Assembly: GCA_963836235.1 (NCBI GenBank)
Contig: CAWIIP010000004.1
Coordinates: 416,001-480,000 of the forward strand
Origin: an uncultured Pseudomonadota bacterium
GTDB lineage: Bacteria > Oederibacteriota > Muellerivitia > Muellerivitales > Muellerivitaceae
Reading direction: 5' to 3'
Length of the DNA: 64,000 bases
The number at the start of each line of letters is the position of its first letter. The first letter of the stretch is position 1. The translations under genes and the position numbers were made by a program. Under the pieces are notes generated by a model. The model was given only the letters and a program-made list of their open reading frames with translations, was not told the origin of the DNA and did no database searches. Positions 31,577 to 39,860 of this stretch are shown piece by piece.

Positions 31577-32743
31577 ATGAAACCCATGTTGCGAGCCGGA
31601 AAATACATTACATTTACGACACTGATTTCGGTCCTCTTCCTCGCCCTCCAGGCGAAAGCGGGGAACGATTCTTCCCAGTTCAGCCTTAGCCTGGACGCCC
31701 AGGGTGAGGTTCTTGCGCCTCCTGGTTTTTCAAGTCTACCCCCTTATTCATTCAATCAAAGTTATACGGCTATTGGCGGGGCTGTTTTTGCCGATTGGCG
31801 CCCGGTACGGTTGATTTCCTTTGGAGTGGGCTTGGAGGATTTTTATTTACCTTCCAACCCAACTTATAAACTGGGTTCCTTCGATTTGGGCGGACGAATT
31901 TTTCCTTTTGCTACTGCCGATGGCGAAGTTTATTTTCAGGGTGGATTAGGCTTAAATCTGAATCTCATACCACCCACCACCTATGGCCATTACCACGGAT
32001 ATGCCGGTATTGGTTATCGCTATTACTTGGCCCACGATATGGCCCTGGACGGAGGCGTCCAATACGATTTTTACTCCCCCATCAACGCACCCTCTAACGG
32101 CGTCGGGGCCAAAGTCGGGATCACTTTCCTCTTTGGACGGGAAAGATGGCCCTTGCCCAGCACGGATTTCAATTCGGAAAACATCAATCACCAGCCGGAA
32201 TATCCCGCGGGTTCTTTCTATACCTGGAAGCCGGGCGATACCCTCAAAACTATCGCCGCCAGGGTTTTGGGGGCGGAGGGCCTTTATCCCGCCCTCGTGG
32301 ACGCCAATCCTGGGCTTTTTTCAAACCCCGCCAGGTTGAGGGTTGGCATGAAATTACGGGTTCCAGACGCGAATTTCTCCGATGATGAGCTGGAAAGCAT
32401 CCATGCGAAGACCCTTGATTCTTCCTATAACCGCTTGGAGGAATATAGTACGAGACTTCCTTACGACACCCTCAAAGGCTGGAAAGGTCCCAAGCATTAT
32501 GTCTGGAAGGAAGGCGACGACTTGAGGTCGGTGGCCAGCAAACTTTATAACGACGAGGATCTCTATCCCGTCCTGGTCGACGCCAACCAAAAGCGTCTGA
32601 TCCATCCCGCCAACTTGGTGTTGGGTGTGGTATTGGATGTGCCCGCGCCACCGGCGGACGAGTGGGTGGAAACCATTCACGAGCGGGCTTGGCAGAAAGA
32701 CTATTACATCTGGTGGAAAACGGTCAGCCAAGGAAATCACTAA
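31577..32743 (+). CDS. Outer-membrane beta-barrel (OmpA/OmpW-like, about 8 strands) fused to two LysM-like domains
   Basis: Signal peptide, amphipathic Gly/aromatic strands ending GAKVGITFLF, then YTWKPGDTLKTIAARVLG...LVDAN...LRVGMKLRVP and YVWKEGDDLRSVASKLY...LVDAN...LDVP. Confidence 0.78.
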   Translation: MKPMLRAGKYITFTTLISVLFLALQAKAGNDSSQFSLSLDAQGEVLAPPGFSSLPPYSFNQSYTAIGGAVFADWRPVRLISFGVGLEDFYLPSNPTYKLGSFDLGGRIFPFATADGEVYFQGGLGLNLNLIPPTTYGHYHGYAGIGYRYYLAHDMALDGGVQYDFYSPINAPSNGVGAKVGITFLFGRERWPLPSTDFNSENINHQPEYPAGSFYTWKPGDTLKTIAARVLGAEGLYPALVDANPGLFSNPARLRVGMKLRVPDANFSDDELESIHAKTLDSSYNRLEEYSTRLPYDTLKGWKGPKHYVWKEGDDLRSVASKLYNDEDLYPVLVDANQKRLIHPANLVLGVVLDVPAPPADEWVETIHERAWQKDYYIWWKTVSQGNH

Positions 32744-32818
32744 CCGTTTTCCGATCCCTTTTCGTTTCGTCCGTTTTTCTGTTTCCTTCCCAGACTTCAC
32801 CCGAATGGACTTTACCCG

Positions 32819-33355
32819 ATGAAAAAAATATTGGTGCTCGCTATTTTCCTCGCTATGTTTCCCCTGTTTGGCCAAGCCCAAGAGGAACAACAGCAATTCA
32901 GCGTATGCCTGGACTTGGTGGGGGACGGAGCCTTCGCCAAGGGCGGTCCCGCCTTTTCACCGGGAGCCGGCGGGAGCCTGTTCGGGGATTGGCGTCCCTT
33001 GCCCTATCTTTCCATCGGCACGGGTTTTGATTTCACACTGCATTCGGATTTTGGTTCCTGGCAGACGGCTTCCTGGGATTTGGGCGGACGGATATTTCCC
33101 CTTGGGACAGGTAAGGGCGGGGAAGGGTACCTGCAAGGTACTCTCGGCTTAAACTTGGCCACCTATGGGCTTGAACATACTTGGCCCGGAAATTTTCACG
33201 GGACCCTCGGCCCCGGCTACCGGGTTTTCCTGGATCCGGGCAATGCCTTCGACTTGGGCGCCCAATATGATTTCTTTTCACCCCGAAGCAAACCTCTTCA
33301 AGCGGTTGGCGTTAAGGTGGGTTGGACTTGGCTCTTTGGTGCGGTTCCCAATTAA
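32819..33355 (+). CDS. Outer-membrane beta-barrel protein, paralog of the upstream barrel domain
   Basis: Signal peptide. Shares QFS..LD..G, DWRP, DLGGRIFP, GE.Y.QG.LGLNL, QYDF.SP and G.KVG.T.LFG with 31577-32743. Confidence 0.75.
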   Translation: MKKILVLAIFLAMFPLFGQAQEEQQQFSVCLDLVGDGAFAKGGPAFSPGAGGSLFGDWRPLPYLSIGTGFDFTLHSDFGSWQTASWDLGGRIFPLGTGKGGEGYLQGTLGLNLATYGLEHTWPGNFHGTLGPGYRVFLDPGNAFDLGAQYDFFSPRSKPLQAVGVKVGWTWLFGAVPN

Positions 33356-33521
33356 GGAAAACCGTCCGACTCGAGACAGGGTCCCTTCAACTAAGAAGTA
33401 AATCTATCGATAAGACATTTTTAGGTTAAATTTTAAACAGAAGAGGCGCAAGCCCTGCCTTTTTCCACGTGTTTTCCGTTAAGATGAGGAAATTTCGCCG
33501 CAAAGGATATAAAATAACCTG

Positions 33522-34268
33522 ATGAAAAAAACGCTGAACGCCTATCCATACCTAATGCGTTACTTGGTCGGTTTGACGGCCTTCCTGTTCGCTTTTACCC
33601 CGGTCTTTCCCCTCTGTGCCGCAGAGGCGAAAAGTTCCGCTCCATCAGTTGATGGGGAAGACCCCTCTTATCCCAAACTGGTGATTGGCTCCGGGGACCT
33701 ATTGGTGATCCAGGTTTACGGTGAGAACGGCAGCGTGTCCACCTCCTCGATGAGCGCCAACAACCAACTGCCAACCACCTATCAGGTGGACTCGGACGGA
33801 GTTATCGTGTTTCCTTTCTTAGGCAGGGTAAAGCTCAAGGGTTTGACGGCGGCGCAAGCCAGCGAAAAAATCGCCGGGCTCCTTTCCAAGCCGCGAAAAG
33901 TGACGGTCTTGATCCAGGTTTCCAACACCTTTTGGGTTTCCATCATGGGGAACGTGGCGAAACCGGACCGTTACCAAATCGTGGGCCAGCCCACCCTGCT
34001 CTCGGCCCTGGCCGAGGCGGGGGGCCCCTTGCCCGGTACCGACATGGGAGGCGCCATCCTGGTCCATAACAACTTCAAGAAAAAGATCGACCTAAGTAAA
34101 TTCCTCCAGGGCGAGGGCCCCACCCAGCCCGATCCTTACCTCTATCCCGGCGACCTCCTGATGGTGCAGAAAAGCCCCTGGCCCGACCTGGGAACCATCG
34201 CGGTCATCGCTTCCATCCTGGCCAGCGGCGCGATCGCGGCGGTGGAAATCAGCAGTTTGAGGCATTGA
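33522..34268 (+). CDS. wza: Short polysaccharide export protein (OPX/Wza family; Poly_export plus SLBB)
   Basis: IGSGDLLVIQVYG...VDSDGVIVFPFLGRVKLKGLT (PES motif), SLBB GNVAKP...TLLSALAEAGG, LYPGD, C-terminal hydrophobic helix. Confidence 0.88.
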   Translation: MKKTLNAYPYLMRYLVGLTAFLFAFTPVFPLCAAEAKSSAPSVDGEDPSYPKLVIGSGDLLVIQVYGENGSVSTSSMSANNQLPTTYQVDSDGVIVFPFLGRVKLKGLTAAQASEKIAGLLSKPRKVTVLIQVSNTFWVSIMGNVAKPDRYQIVGQPTLLSALAEAGGPLPGTDMGGAILVHNNFKKKIDLSKFLQGEGPTQPDPYLYPGDLLMVQKSPWPDLGTIAVIASILASGAIAAVEISSLRH

Positions 34269-34270
34269 TC

Positions 34271-35968
34271 ATGATAGAAACAAACGAACTTCAACCCAAC
34301 GGCGCCGAGTATAACAACGAGGGAGATTTGAGCCTTCAGGAAATCCTGCGCGTGGTTTTGTCCCATTTGCGGCTCATCGGAACCACAGTGGTAGTCTTCC
34401 TGGGCCTAGCCCTGCTCTACGCCTTTTTCTGGCCGCCGACCTATGAGGCGATCACTACCGTCAAAGTCCCTGACGCCTCCGGTTCGCCTACCGGCATGTT
34501 GAAGGAACTGGTTCCTTATTCCGGCAGCGGCGACCCCATCCAAACCTACGTTGAAATCTGCCATTCCGAAAATGTTGCCCAGCGGGTCATTGCCTCTCTT
34601 CAATTGTCCTCCCGTCCCGAGTACGAGGAAGAAACTTCCCAAGTATTGACCCAAAGCCTTTTGGGAAGGGTGACGGCCACCAACGTACTCAAGTCCAACC
34701 TTCTTTCCATTAAAGCCCGCGCCGGAAACGCCCAAGACGCCGCCGATTTGGCCAATGCCTGGGCCAAGGCCTTCATCGAAACCAACCTGGACTTGTCTCA
34801 TAAGGGCGCCGAGTCCAAGCGGATATTCCTGGAAGAACAGGTCAAGCAAATCAAACAGCACCTGGAGAACCCCGACCTGCGCCTGAACGACGAGTCCAAG
34901 GCCGACGAGGTCATGTATACCCAGCTCCTGGCCGACCTCCAACAGGCCCGCCTAGCCGAGACTGTGGACGACACGGGCATTGTGGTGGTGGACAGCGCCC
35001 AGAAGCCGCTCGCGCCCATCAGCCCGCGCAAGACCCGAAGCCTTTTGTTGGCCCTGCTTTTGGCCCTCGCCGCCGGAATTCAAGCTGCCTTCCTTCTGGA
35101 AAAATTTCAGGACCGTGTGAAGAGTGAGGATGTTTTAAAAAGGGTCTCGGGCCTTCCCAACTACGCGGTGGTGCCGGATTTCCGGGATGATTATCCCGAA
35201 GGATTGAGCAAGCCCGACTATTCGCAAAGATTCAGCCCTAAGTTCCTCATTCATAATCCCGTCTTCGAGCATGCCTTCTACCGGGAAAGTTTCAAGGTTC
35301 TTCGCACCAACCTCACCTTCGCCCTGGCGGACAAACCCCTCCAGGTGATCGCCGTTCTTTCGCCCGGCCCGGAGGAGGGAAAGACGCTCGTCAATTCCAA
35401 CCTGGCTATTTCCCTGGCCCAAGGTGGCAAGAAGGTCCTGTTAGTGGATACGGATTTCCGAAAATCCTCCGTGCGCAAATCTTTTGGCCTGGAAAATGGA
35501 ATGGAAACAGGCCTGCCCCTGGCTTTGACCGGACAAAAGCCCTGGAAAGAACTGGTTCGGCCTTCCGGTGTGGAAAACCTGGACCTTTTGCCCAACACGG
35601 TCACTCCTCCCAATCCGGCGGAACTTTTGGGAAGCGCCGCCCTAAAAAAACTCATTGGGGAAATGAAGACCCAATACGACTTCGTGGTTTTCGACGGCGC
35701 GCCGATCCTCGCGGTCACGGACTCGGTGGTGCTTTCCACCCACCTGGACGGGGTGGTACTGCTGGCTTGCTTCGACCAAACCCGTTCCTCGGCCATCGGA
35801 CACGCGCTGGAACATCTACACCGGGTCGGGGCCAACGTGGTTGGAACGGTACTCAATTATGTTCCCGTGAAAAAGGGCCTTTATGGTTATGGCTACGGTT
35901 ATGGATACAATTACGGCTACGGAAAATATCACGACGCCGAGCTGGCCGGGAAAAACTCCAAAAAGTGA
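34271..35968 (+). CDS. wzc: Polysaccharide co-polymerase / BY-kinase (Wzc family)
   Basis: Wzz-like N-terminus with 2 TMs, ESFKVLRTN, Walker A SPGPEEGKT, A' VDTDFRK, PPNPAELL, B VFDGAP, C-terminal Tyr cluster YGYGYGYGYNYGYGKY. Confidence 0.93.
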   Translation: MIETNELQPNGAEYNNEGDLSLQEILRVVLSHLRLIGTTVVVFLGLALLYAFFWPPTYEAITTVKVPDASGSPTGMLKELVPYSGSGDPIQTYVEICHSENVAQRVIASLQLSSRPEYEEETSQVLTQSLLGRVTATNVLKSNLLSIKARAGNAQDAADLANAWAKAFIETNLDLSHKGAESKRIFLEEQVKQIKQHLENPDLRLNDESKADEVMYTQLLADLQQARLAETVDDTGIVVVDSAQKPLAPISPRKTRSLLLALLLALAAGIQAAFLLEKFQDRVKSEDVLKRVSGLPNYAVVPDFRDDYPEGLSKPDYSQRFSPKFLIHNPVFEHAFYRESFKVLRTNLTFALADKPLQVIAVLSPGPEEGKTLVNSNLAISLAQGGKKVLLVDTDFRKSSVRKSFGLENGMETGLPLALTGQKPWKELVRPSGVENLDLLPNTVTPPNPAELLGSAALKKLIGEMKTQYDFVVFDGAPILAVTDSVVLSTHLDGVVLLACFDQTRSSAIGHALEHLHRVGANVVGTVLNYVPVKKGLYGYGYGYGYNYGYGKYHDAELAGKNSKK

Positions 35969-35981
35969 CGGGTCAAGAATC

Positions 35982-36317
35982 ATGACCGCCTTAACTGAAA
36001 AAAAAATCAATGAAATGACGGCCGTTCTTGTTCGGAAAGCCCATCCGGAAAAGATTATTCTTTTCGGTTCTCAGGCCCGACGCACGGCAGGCCCAACCTC
36101 GGATGTCGATTTTGTCGTCGTCGAGAAGAAACCCTTCGGCCCGGACCATAGCCGCCGGCAGGAAATGGTCCGGTTATGGAAGACCCTCTCCCGTTTTGAT
36201 TTTCCAACGGACATACTCGTCTATTCGCAGGAAGAATTTGAGTATTGGTCCGAGTCCATCAACCACGTGGTAGGACGGGCCGTCCGGGAAGGCCGGATTC
36301 TTTATGAGCGACGCTAG
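35982..36317 (+). CDS. Minimal nucleotidyltransferase (MNT) antitoxin
   Basis: KIILFGSQARRTAGPTSDVDF (GS..DxD), ends EGRILYE. Confidence 0.88.
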   Translation: MTALTEKKINEMTAVLVRKAHPEKIILFGSQARRTAGPTSDVDFVVVEKKPFGPDHSRRQEMVRLWKTLSRFDFPTDILVYSQEEFEYWSESINHVVGRAVREGRILYERR

Positions 36318-36771
36318 AGCCGCCCGGGAGCTAATCGCGCGGGCCTTGGTGGATTTGGAGGCCTTAAGGGAGTTGGTTGAAAATCGCCGAATTGCCGATG
36401 AAATATTTGGTTTTCTCGCCCAACAGGCCGCCGAGAAAGCCCTGAAGGCTTGGCTGGCCCTTCTGGGGAAACAATATCCCATCACCCATAACCTGGACCA
36501 ACTTTTACGGGAGTTGAGGGGTTTGGGAATCAAAATTTCCGCCTATGGCGAACTCAGCGGGTTGAACCCTTATGCCGTCCAGTTCCGCTATGAAACCATG
36601 GATTCGTCCGAGCCCGATTTGGACCGTAAAAGCACCTTGAAAGTCATCGGCAACTTGGTGGAAAAGGTCGACGCGCTGATAAAGGACGAGCCTGAAAGGG
36701 GGACCGCCCTCCTTGAATCCCCAGCTTCCTATCGAATCCGCAAGCCCAAAAGTAAAAGAAAAAAAGTCTGA
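36304..36771 (+). CDS. HEPN-domain protein (MNT-HEPN pair)
   Basis: FLAQQAAEKALKAWL...PITHNL..LL...LNPYAVQFRY. Overlaps the MNT gene. Basic C-terminal tail. Confidence 0.88.
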   Translation: MSDARAARELIARALVDLEALRELVENRRIADEIFGFLAQQAAEKALKAWLALLGKQYPITHNLDQLLRELRGLGIKISAYGELSGLNPYAVQFRYETMDSSEPDLDRKSTLKVIGNLVEKVDALIKDEPERGTALLESPASYRIRKPKSKRKKV

Positions 36772-36900
36772 AAAATTTACGATGAAGCATTTCCATCAAA
36801 ACTTTCCGGGTAAAGTTTCCTATATGAGTAAAGATTACCCGCTTCACATCTTCCGGTCTTGCGGTTTTCCCACATTTACCGTCCGTTAGGTATGATGGGA

Positions 36901-36917
36901 TTGGCATAACTGTTGCT
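36901..36917 (+). promoter_or_regulatory. sigma54 -24/-12 promoter upstream of the first WecA-like gene
   Basis: TTGGCATAACTGTTGCT = TGGCAY-N5-TTGCT with exact GG-N10-GC spacing, 66 nt before ATG 36983. Confidence 0.7.
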
Positions 36918-36982
36918 TTTATACTTATACTCAACCCGTCGGCTGAACCAGACGGGGTTTTGTTTGCCTAAGGATTTGTTAA

Positions 36983-38608
36983 ATGGATTTTCAACCTTAT
37001 CTTTTTTTCTTCCTGAGCGGCCTAACGGCCTGCCTTTTTCTGACCCCCCTCTTTATCCGCATCGCCCCCCGCCTGGGTCTCTTGGACCATCCGGCCCACC
37101 GTAAAACCCACGCCAAGGCCATTCCGAAATCCGGAGGATTGGCCCTGGTGGCTTCCGTCCTCCTGGCCTCGGCCTTTAGCATCAAACTCTTCGGACGCTC
37201 GATGGGTTACGACGAAATCAGCACCATCAAGAGCGCCTTTATCCTGGGCATCACCTTCGCGGCCGCTTCCATCGGCCTGATGGATGACCTTTTCGAAATG
37301 AAGCCCCTTCAAAAGCTTCTTCTCCAGGCCCTCGTGATGGGTTGTTTCGTCTTCCTGGGGTTCCGCTTTGAAATCCTCCACCTGCCGGGCCTCAAGCCTT
37401 TTGGCCTTTCCTTCCTGGACGTTTCCCTCACGATCTTTTGGATGTTGGCCGTCCTCAACGGATTCAATTTCATGGACGGCATCGACGGACTGGCGGGTTC
37501 GGTGACGGCGGTGATCCTGCTGGGAATCGGCGGGGCCGAATTTCTGTCCACCGGCCACGGGCCGGGGGGTATCTGGCTGACCACTTTGGGCGCCACTACC
37601 GCCTTTCTCTTTTACAACCGGCAACCCGCCAAAATTTTCCTGGGGGACACCGGGTCGATCGCCCTGGGCACTTTCATCACCGCCACCCTGGTGGCCCTGG
37701 GCAGTTCCCGGCCGGGCTTTCTGGACTTCCGGCTTTTCAGCCACAATGCCCAGGCCGAGCCCATCCATTACCAATTGCTCACGGTGACCCTCCTGGTCGG
37801 GTACCCCGCGCTGGAAGCCGCCCTCTCCACCTTCCGCCGGGCCTTCAAGCGCTATTCGATGGGAAGGTCCATGGGATCCGCCGAGAGGGAGCATATCCAC
37901 CACGTCCTGCTGAAGGCCGGATGGTCGGTGAACCAAATCTGCCTGACCGCCGCCGCCATCCAATTGACGCTGAGCGGGGCCGGGCTGTTGGTCATGGCCC
38001 ACAAGAACGGTTTGGTGCTTTGGCTTCTCGTGCCTCTTTTCATCCTGGCGGCCTTCTTCGGCCCCAAACTCGGTTTCTTCAATTTCCTCCAGATGTCTTC
38101 CCGGCAAAGGCCCAATTTCCGGGTGGCCAACTATTTCATTTCCATGCAGAAGGTGAAACTGGAACTAGCCAACAGCCGGGAGGATGTCCTGGCCCTCGTC
38201 AGCCAGACCTCCCAGGAATTCGGGGTCAAAAGCTGCCGGCTGATCATCAAGCCCGACGAGAATGGCCTGGGCGGCACCGATTATTTCCACGAATGGGACA
38301 TGGCCAAGCCCTCGGAGTTTTTGGGATTCATCCACGAGGCCAAGGGACCTGCGAAATCTTTTTCCGACCACTACAAGCTTTCGGGAGGGAAGGGAGGGGC
38401 CCATTGGGTCTTTGAACCCCAGGCCCAGGAGGAAGATCTGGACGTGGAGTACCACGTGCTGGTCAGCGATTTCATGAGGCAGGCCCTGGAAACCGCCCTG
38501 CGTCTGGGGTCCCATCAGGCCACTTTAGAGATTCCCCATGTCGCCCCCGCGGCCCATGAAACGGTCAGTAGCCATATCCTTCGGCGGGCCCCCAAGTCCC
38601 TTAGTTGA
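36983..38608 (+). CDS. Polyprenyl-phosphate GlcNAc-1-phosphate transferase (WecA/TagO, GT4-MraY family) with extra C-terminal soluble domain
   Basis: LDHPAHRKTH..IP.SGG, GLMDD, NGFNFMDGIDGL, YNRQPAKIFLGDTGS, HIHH. About 170 aa extension after the last TM. Confidence 0.88.
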   Translation: MDFQPYLFFFLSGLTACLFLTPLFIRIAPRLGLLDHPAHRKTHAKAIPKSGGLALVASVLLASAFSIKLFGRSMGYDEISTIKSAFILGITFAAASIGLMDDLFEMKPLQKLLLQALVMGCFVFLGFRFEILHLPGLKPFGLSFLDVSLTIFWMLAVLNGFNFMDGIDGLAGSVTAVILLGIGGAEFLSTGHGPGGIWLTTLGATTAFLFYNRQPAKIFLGDTGSIALGTFITATLVALGSSRPGFLDFRLFSHNAQAEPIHYQLLTVTLLVGYPALEAALSTFRRAFKRYSMGRSMGSAEREHIHHVLLKAGWSVNQICLTAAAIQLTLSGAGLLVMAHKNGLVLWLLVPLFILAAFFGPKLGFFNFLQMSSRQRPNFRVANYFISMQKVKLELANSREDVLALVSQTSQEFGVKSCRLIIKPDENGLGGTDYFHEWDMAKPSEFLGFIHEAKGPAKSFSDHYKLSGGKGGAHWVFEPQAQEEDLDVEYHVLVSDFMRQALETALRLGSHQATLEIPHVAPAAHETVSSHILRRAPKSLS

Positions 38609-38753
38609 GACCGGAAGCAGACCCGGCCAAAAGTTTCATTTACCTCCCTTTTGCCCACGGCTTATCCCCTTGGGCTGCGAGGGTGAACCGTTGGCTTCAG
38701 GTATCCCCTGACGGAATCCCATCGAGGCAACTCTTATCCCACTTCAGCCTTCG

Positions 38754-38782
38754 TTGATTCGCCCAAAACGTCCTGTTAAACT
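38754..38782 (+). promoter_or_regulatory. sigma70 promoter of the MNT-HepT cassette
   Basis: TTGATT-N17-TAAACT with extended -10 TG, followed by an AAGGAG RBS. Confidence 0.6.
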
Positions 38783-38806
38783 ATCTCCGGATAAGGAGAT
38801 GGTACC

Positions 38807-39118
38807 GTGGGACTCAATTCCAAAATCCGGGTTCAACCGGAAAAGATCGAAGACTTTTGCAGGCGCTATCACGTCCGCAAACTATCCTTCTTCGGATCGG
38901 TCCTCGGCAAAAATTTCCGTCCGGACAGCGATATCGACACGCTCATCGAGTTTGAAACAGGCAAGGGTGCGGGTTTCCTCGGACTAGCCCATATGGAAGG
39001 CGAATTGTCCGGGATTATGGGAGGACGCCGGGTGGACCTCCGAACACCCGGGGAATTGAGCCCTTATTTCAGGGACGAAGTGCTTTCCTCCGCCGTCGTT
39101 CAATATGCGAAATCCTGA
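38807..39118 (+). CDS. MntA-like nucleotidyltransferase antitoxin (type VII TA)
   Basis: FCRRYHVRKLSFFGSVLGKNFRPDSDID, RRVDLRT..LSPYFRDEV. Confidence 0.9.
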   Translation: MGLNSKIRVQPEKIEDFCRRYHVRKLSFFGSVLGKNFRPDSDIDTLIEFETGKGAGFLGLAHMEGELSGIMGGRRVDLRTPGELSPYFRDEVLSSAVVQYAKS

Positions 39119-39536
39119 CTTCGTCCGCATCCGGCATATGCTGGATGCCTGCCGTGAAGCCCTTGGGTTCGCCAGGGGAAAGTCGCGGTCCGATTTGGAC
39201 AAGGATCGAATGCTTGTTCTTTCGCTGGTGAAAGAAGTGGAGATCATCGGTGAAGCGGCCTCTAAAGTTTCCCCTGAAATAAAATCTATTTATCCTGGAA
39301 TACCCTGGTCCGATATGGCCTTCATGCGGAACCGCCTGATTCATGCTTACTTTGACGTGGATTTAGATGTGGTTTGGGAAACTCTCCAAAAGGATTTGCC
39401 AGATTTAATGCGAAAGCTCGAGGATATCAATCCTTCCAGCCTCCAAGAAACCCCCGCCCCTTACGGCGCCCAGAAGACGAAGGCGAAAACCTCCCGAGTC
39501 AAGGGCTTGAAGACCCGGCGGAAAAAAGGGAAGTGA
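39105..39536 (+). CDS. HepT-like RNase toxin (DUF86, HEPN)
   Basis: EIIGEAA...IPW...MRNRLIHAYFDVD..VW (intact RX4HXY). Basic C-terminal tail. Confidence 0.92.
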   Translation: MRNPDFVRIRHMLDACREALGFARGKSRSDLDKDRMLVLSLVKEVEIIGEAASKVSPEIKSIYPGIPWSDMAFMRNRLIHAYFDVDLDVVWETLQKDLPDLMRKLEDINPSSLQETPAPYGAQKTKAKTSRVKGLKTRRKKGK

Positions 39537-39546
39537 CCGGCCGTAT

Positions 39547-39581
39547 CCGTAACTCCTAACTTCTCACTCCTCATTCCTAAC
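39547..39581 (+). repeat. Degenerate heptanucleotide tandem repeat (5 units)
   Basis: CCGTAAC TCCTAAC TTCTCAC TCCTCAT TCCTAAC immediately after the HepT stop. Confidence 0.6.
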
Positions 39582-39860
39582 TTACTGATGTGAGGCATTG
39601 ATGGCCGAAAGATATTCCAAGAGAATGCGGGGGTCAATTTAAAAGCGACACAAAAAAGGATTTTGCTTTAACCATGAGAAACCATAGCCTAAAAAATAGC
39701 CGGTCTGATGGTTTTGAGGATTGGATTGGCTTAAAAGGGAAGTGAGTTAGAAACTCTTTATTTTAAAACTCAAAACAGAAATGTTTGAGAATGGCTTGCC
39801 TGAGTAAAATCGAGATCAAATAGGCGAAAGGTCAAATAGTGAATAAGGGTCAACAAGTAA

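Noticed and set aside
38650-38705. GCCCACGGCTTATCCCCTTGGGC, a REP/IS200-like palindrome
   Set aside because: Single degenerate copy with no transposase in the window.
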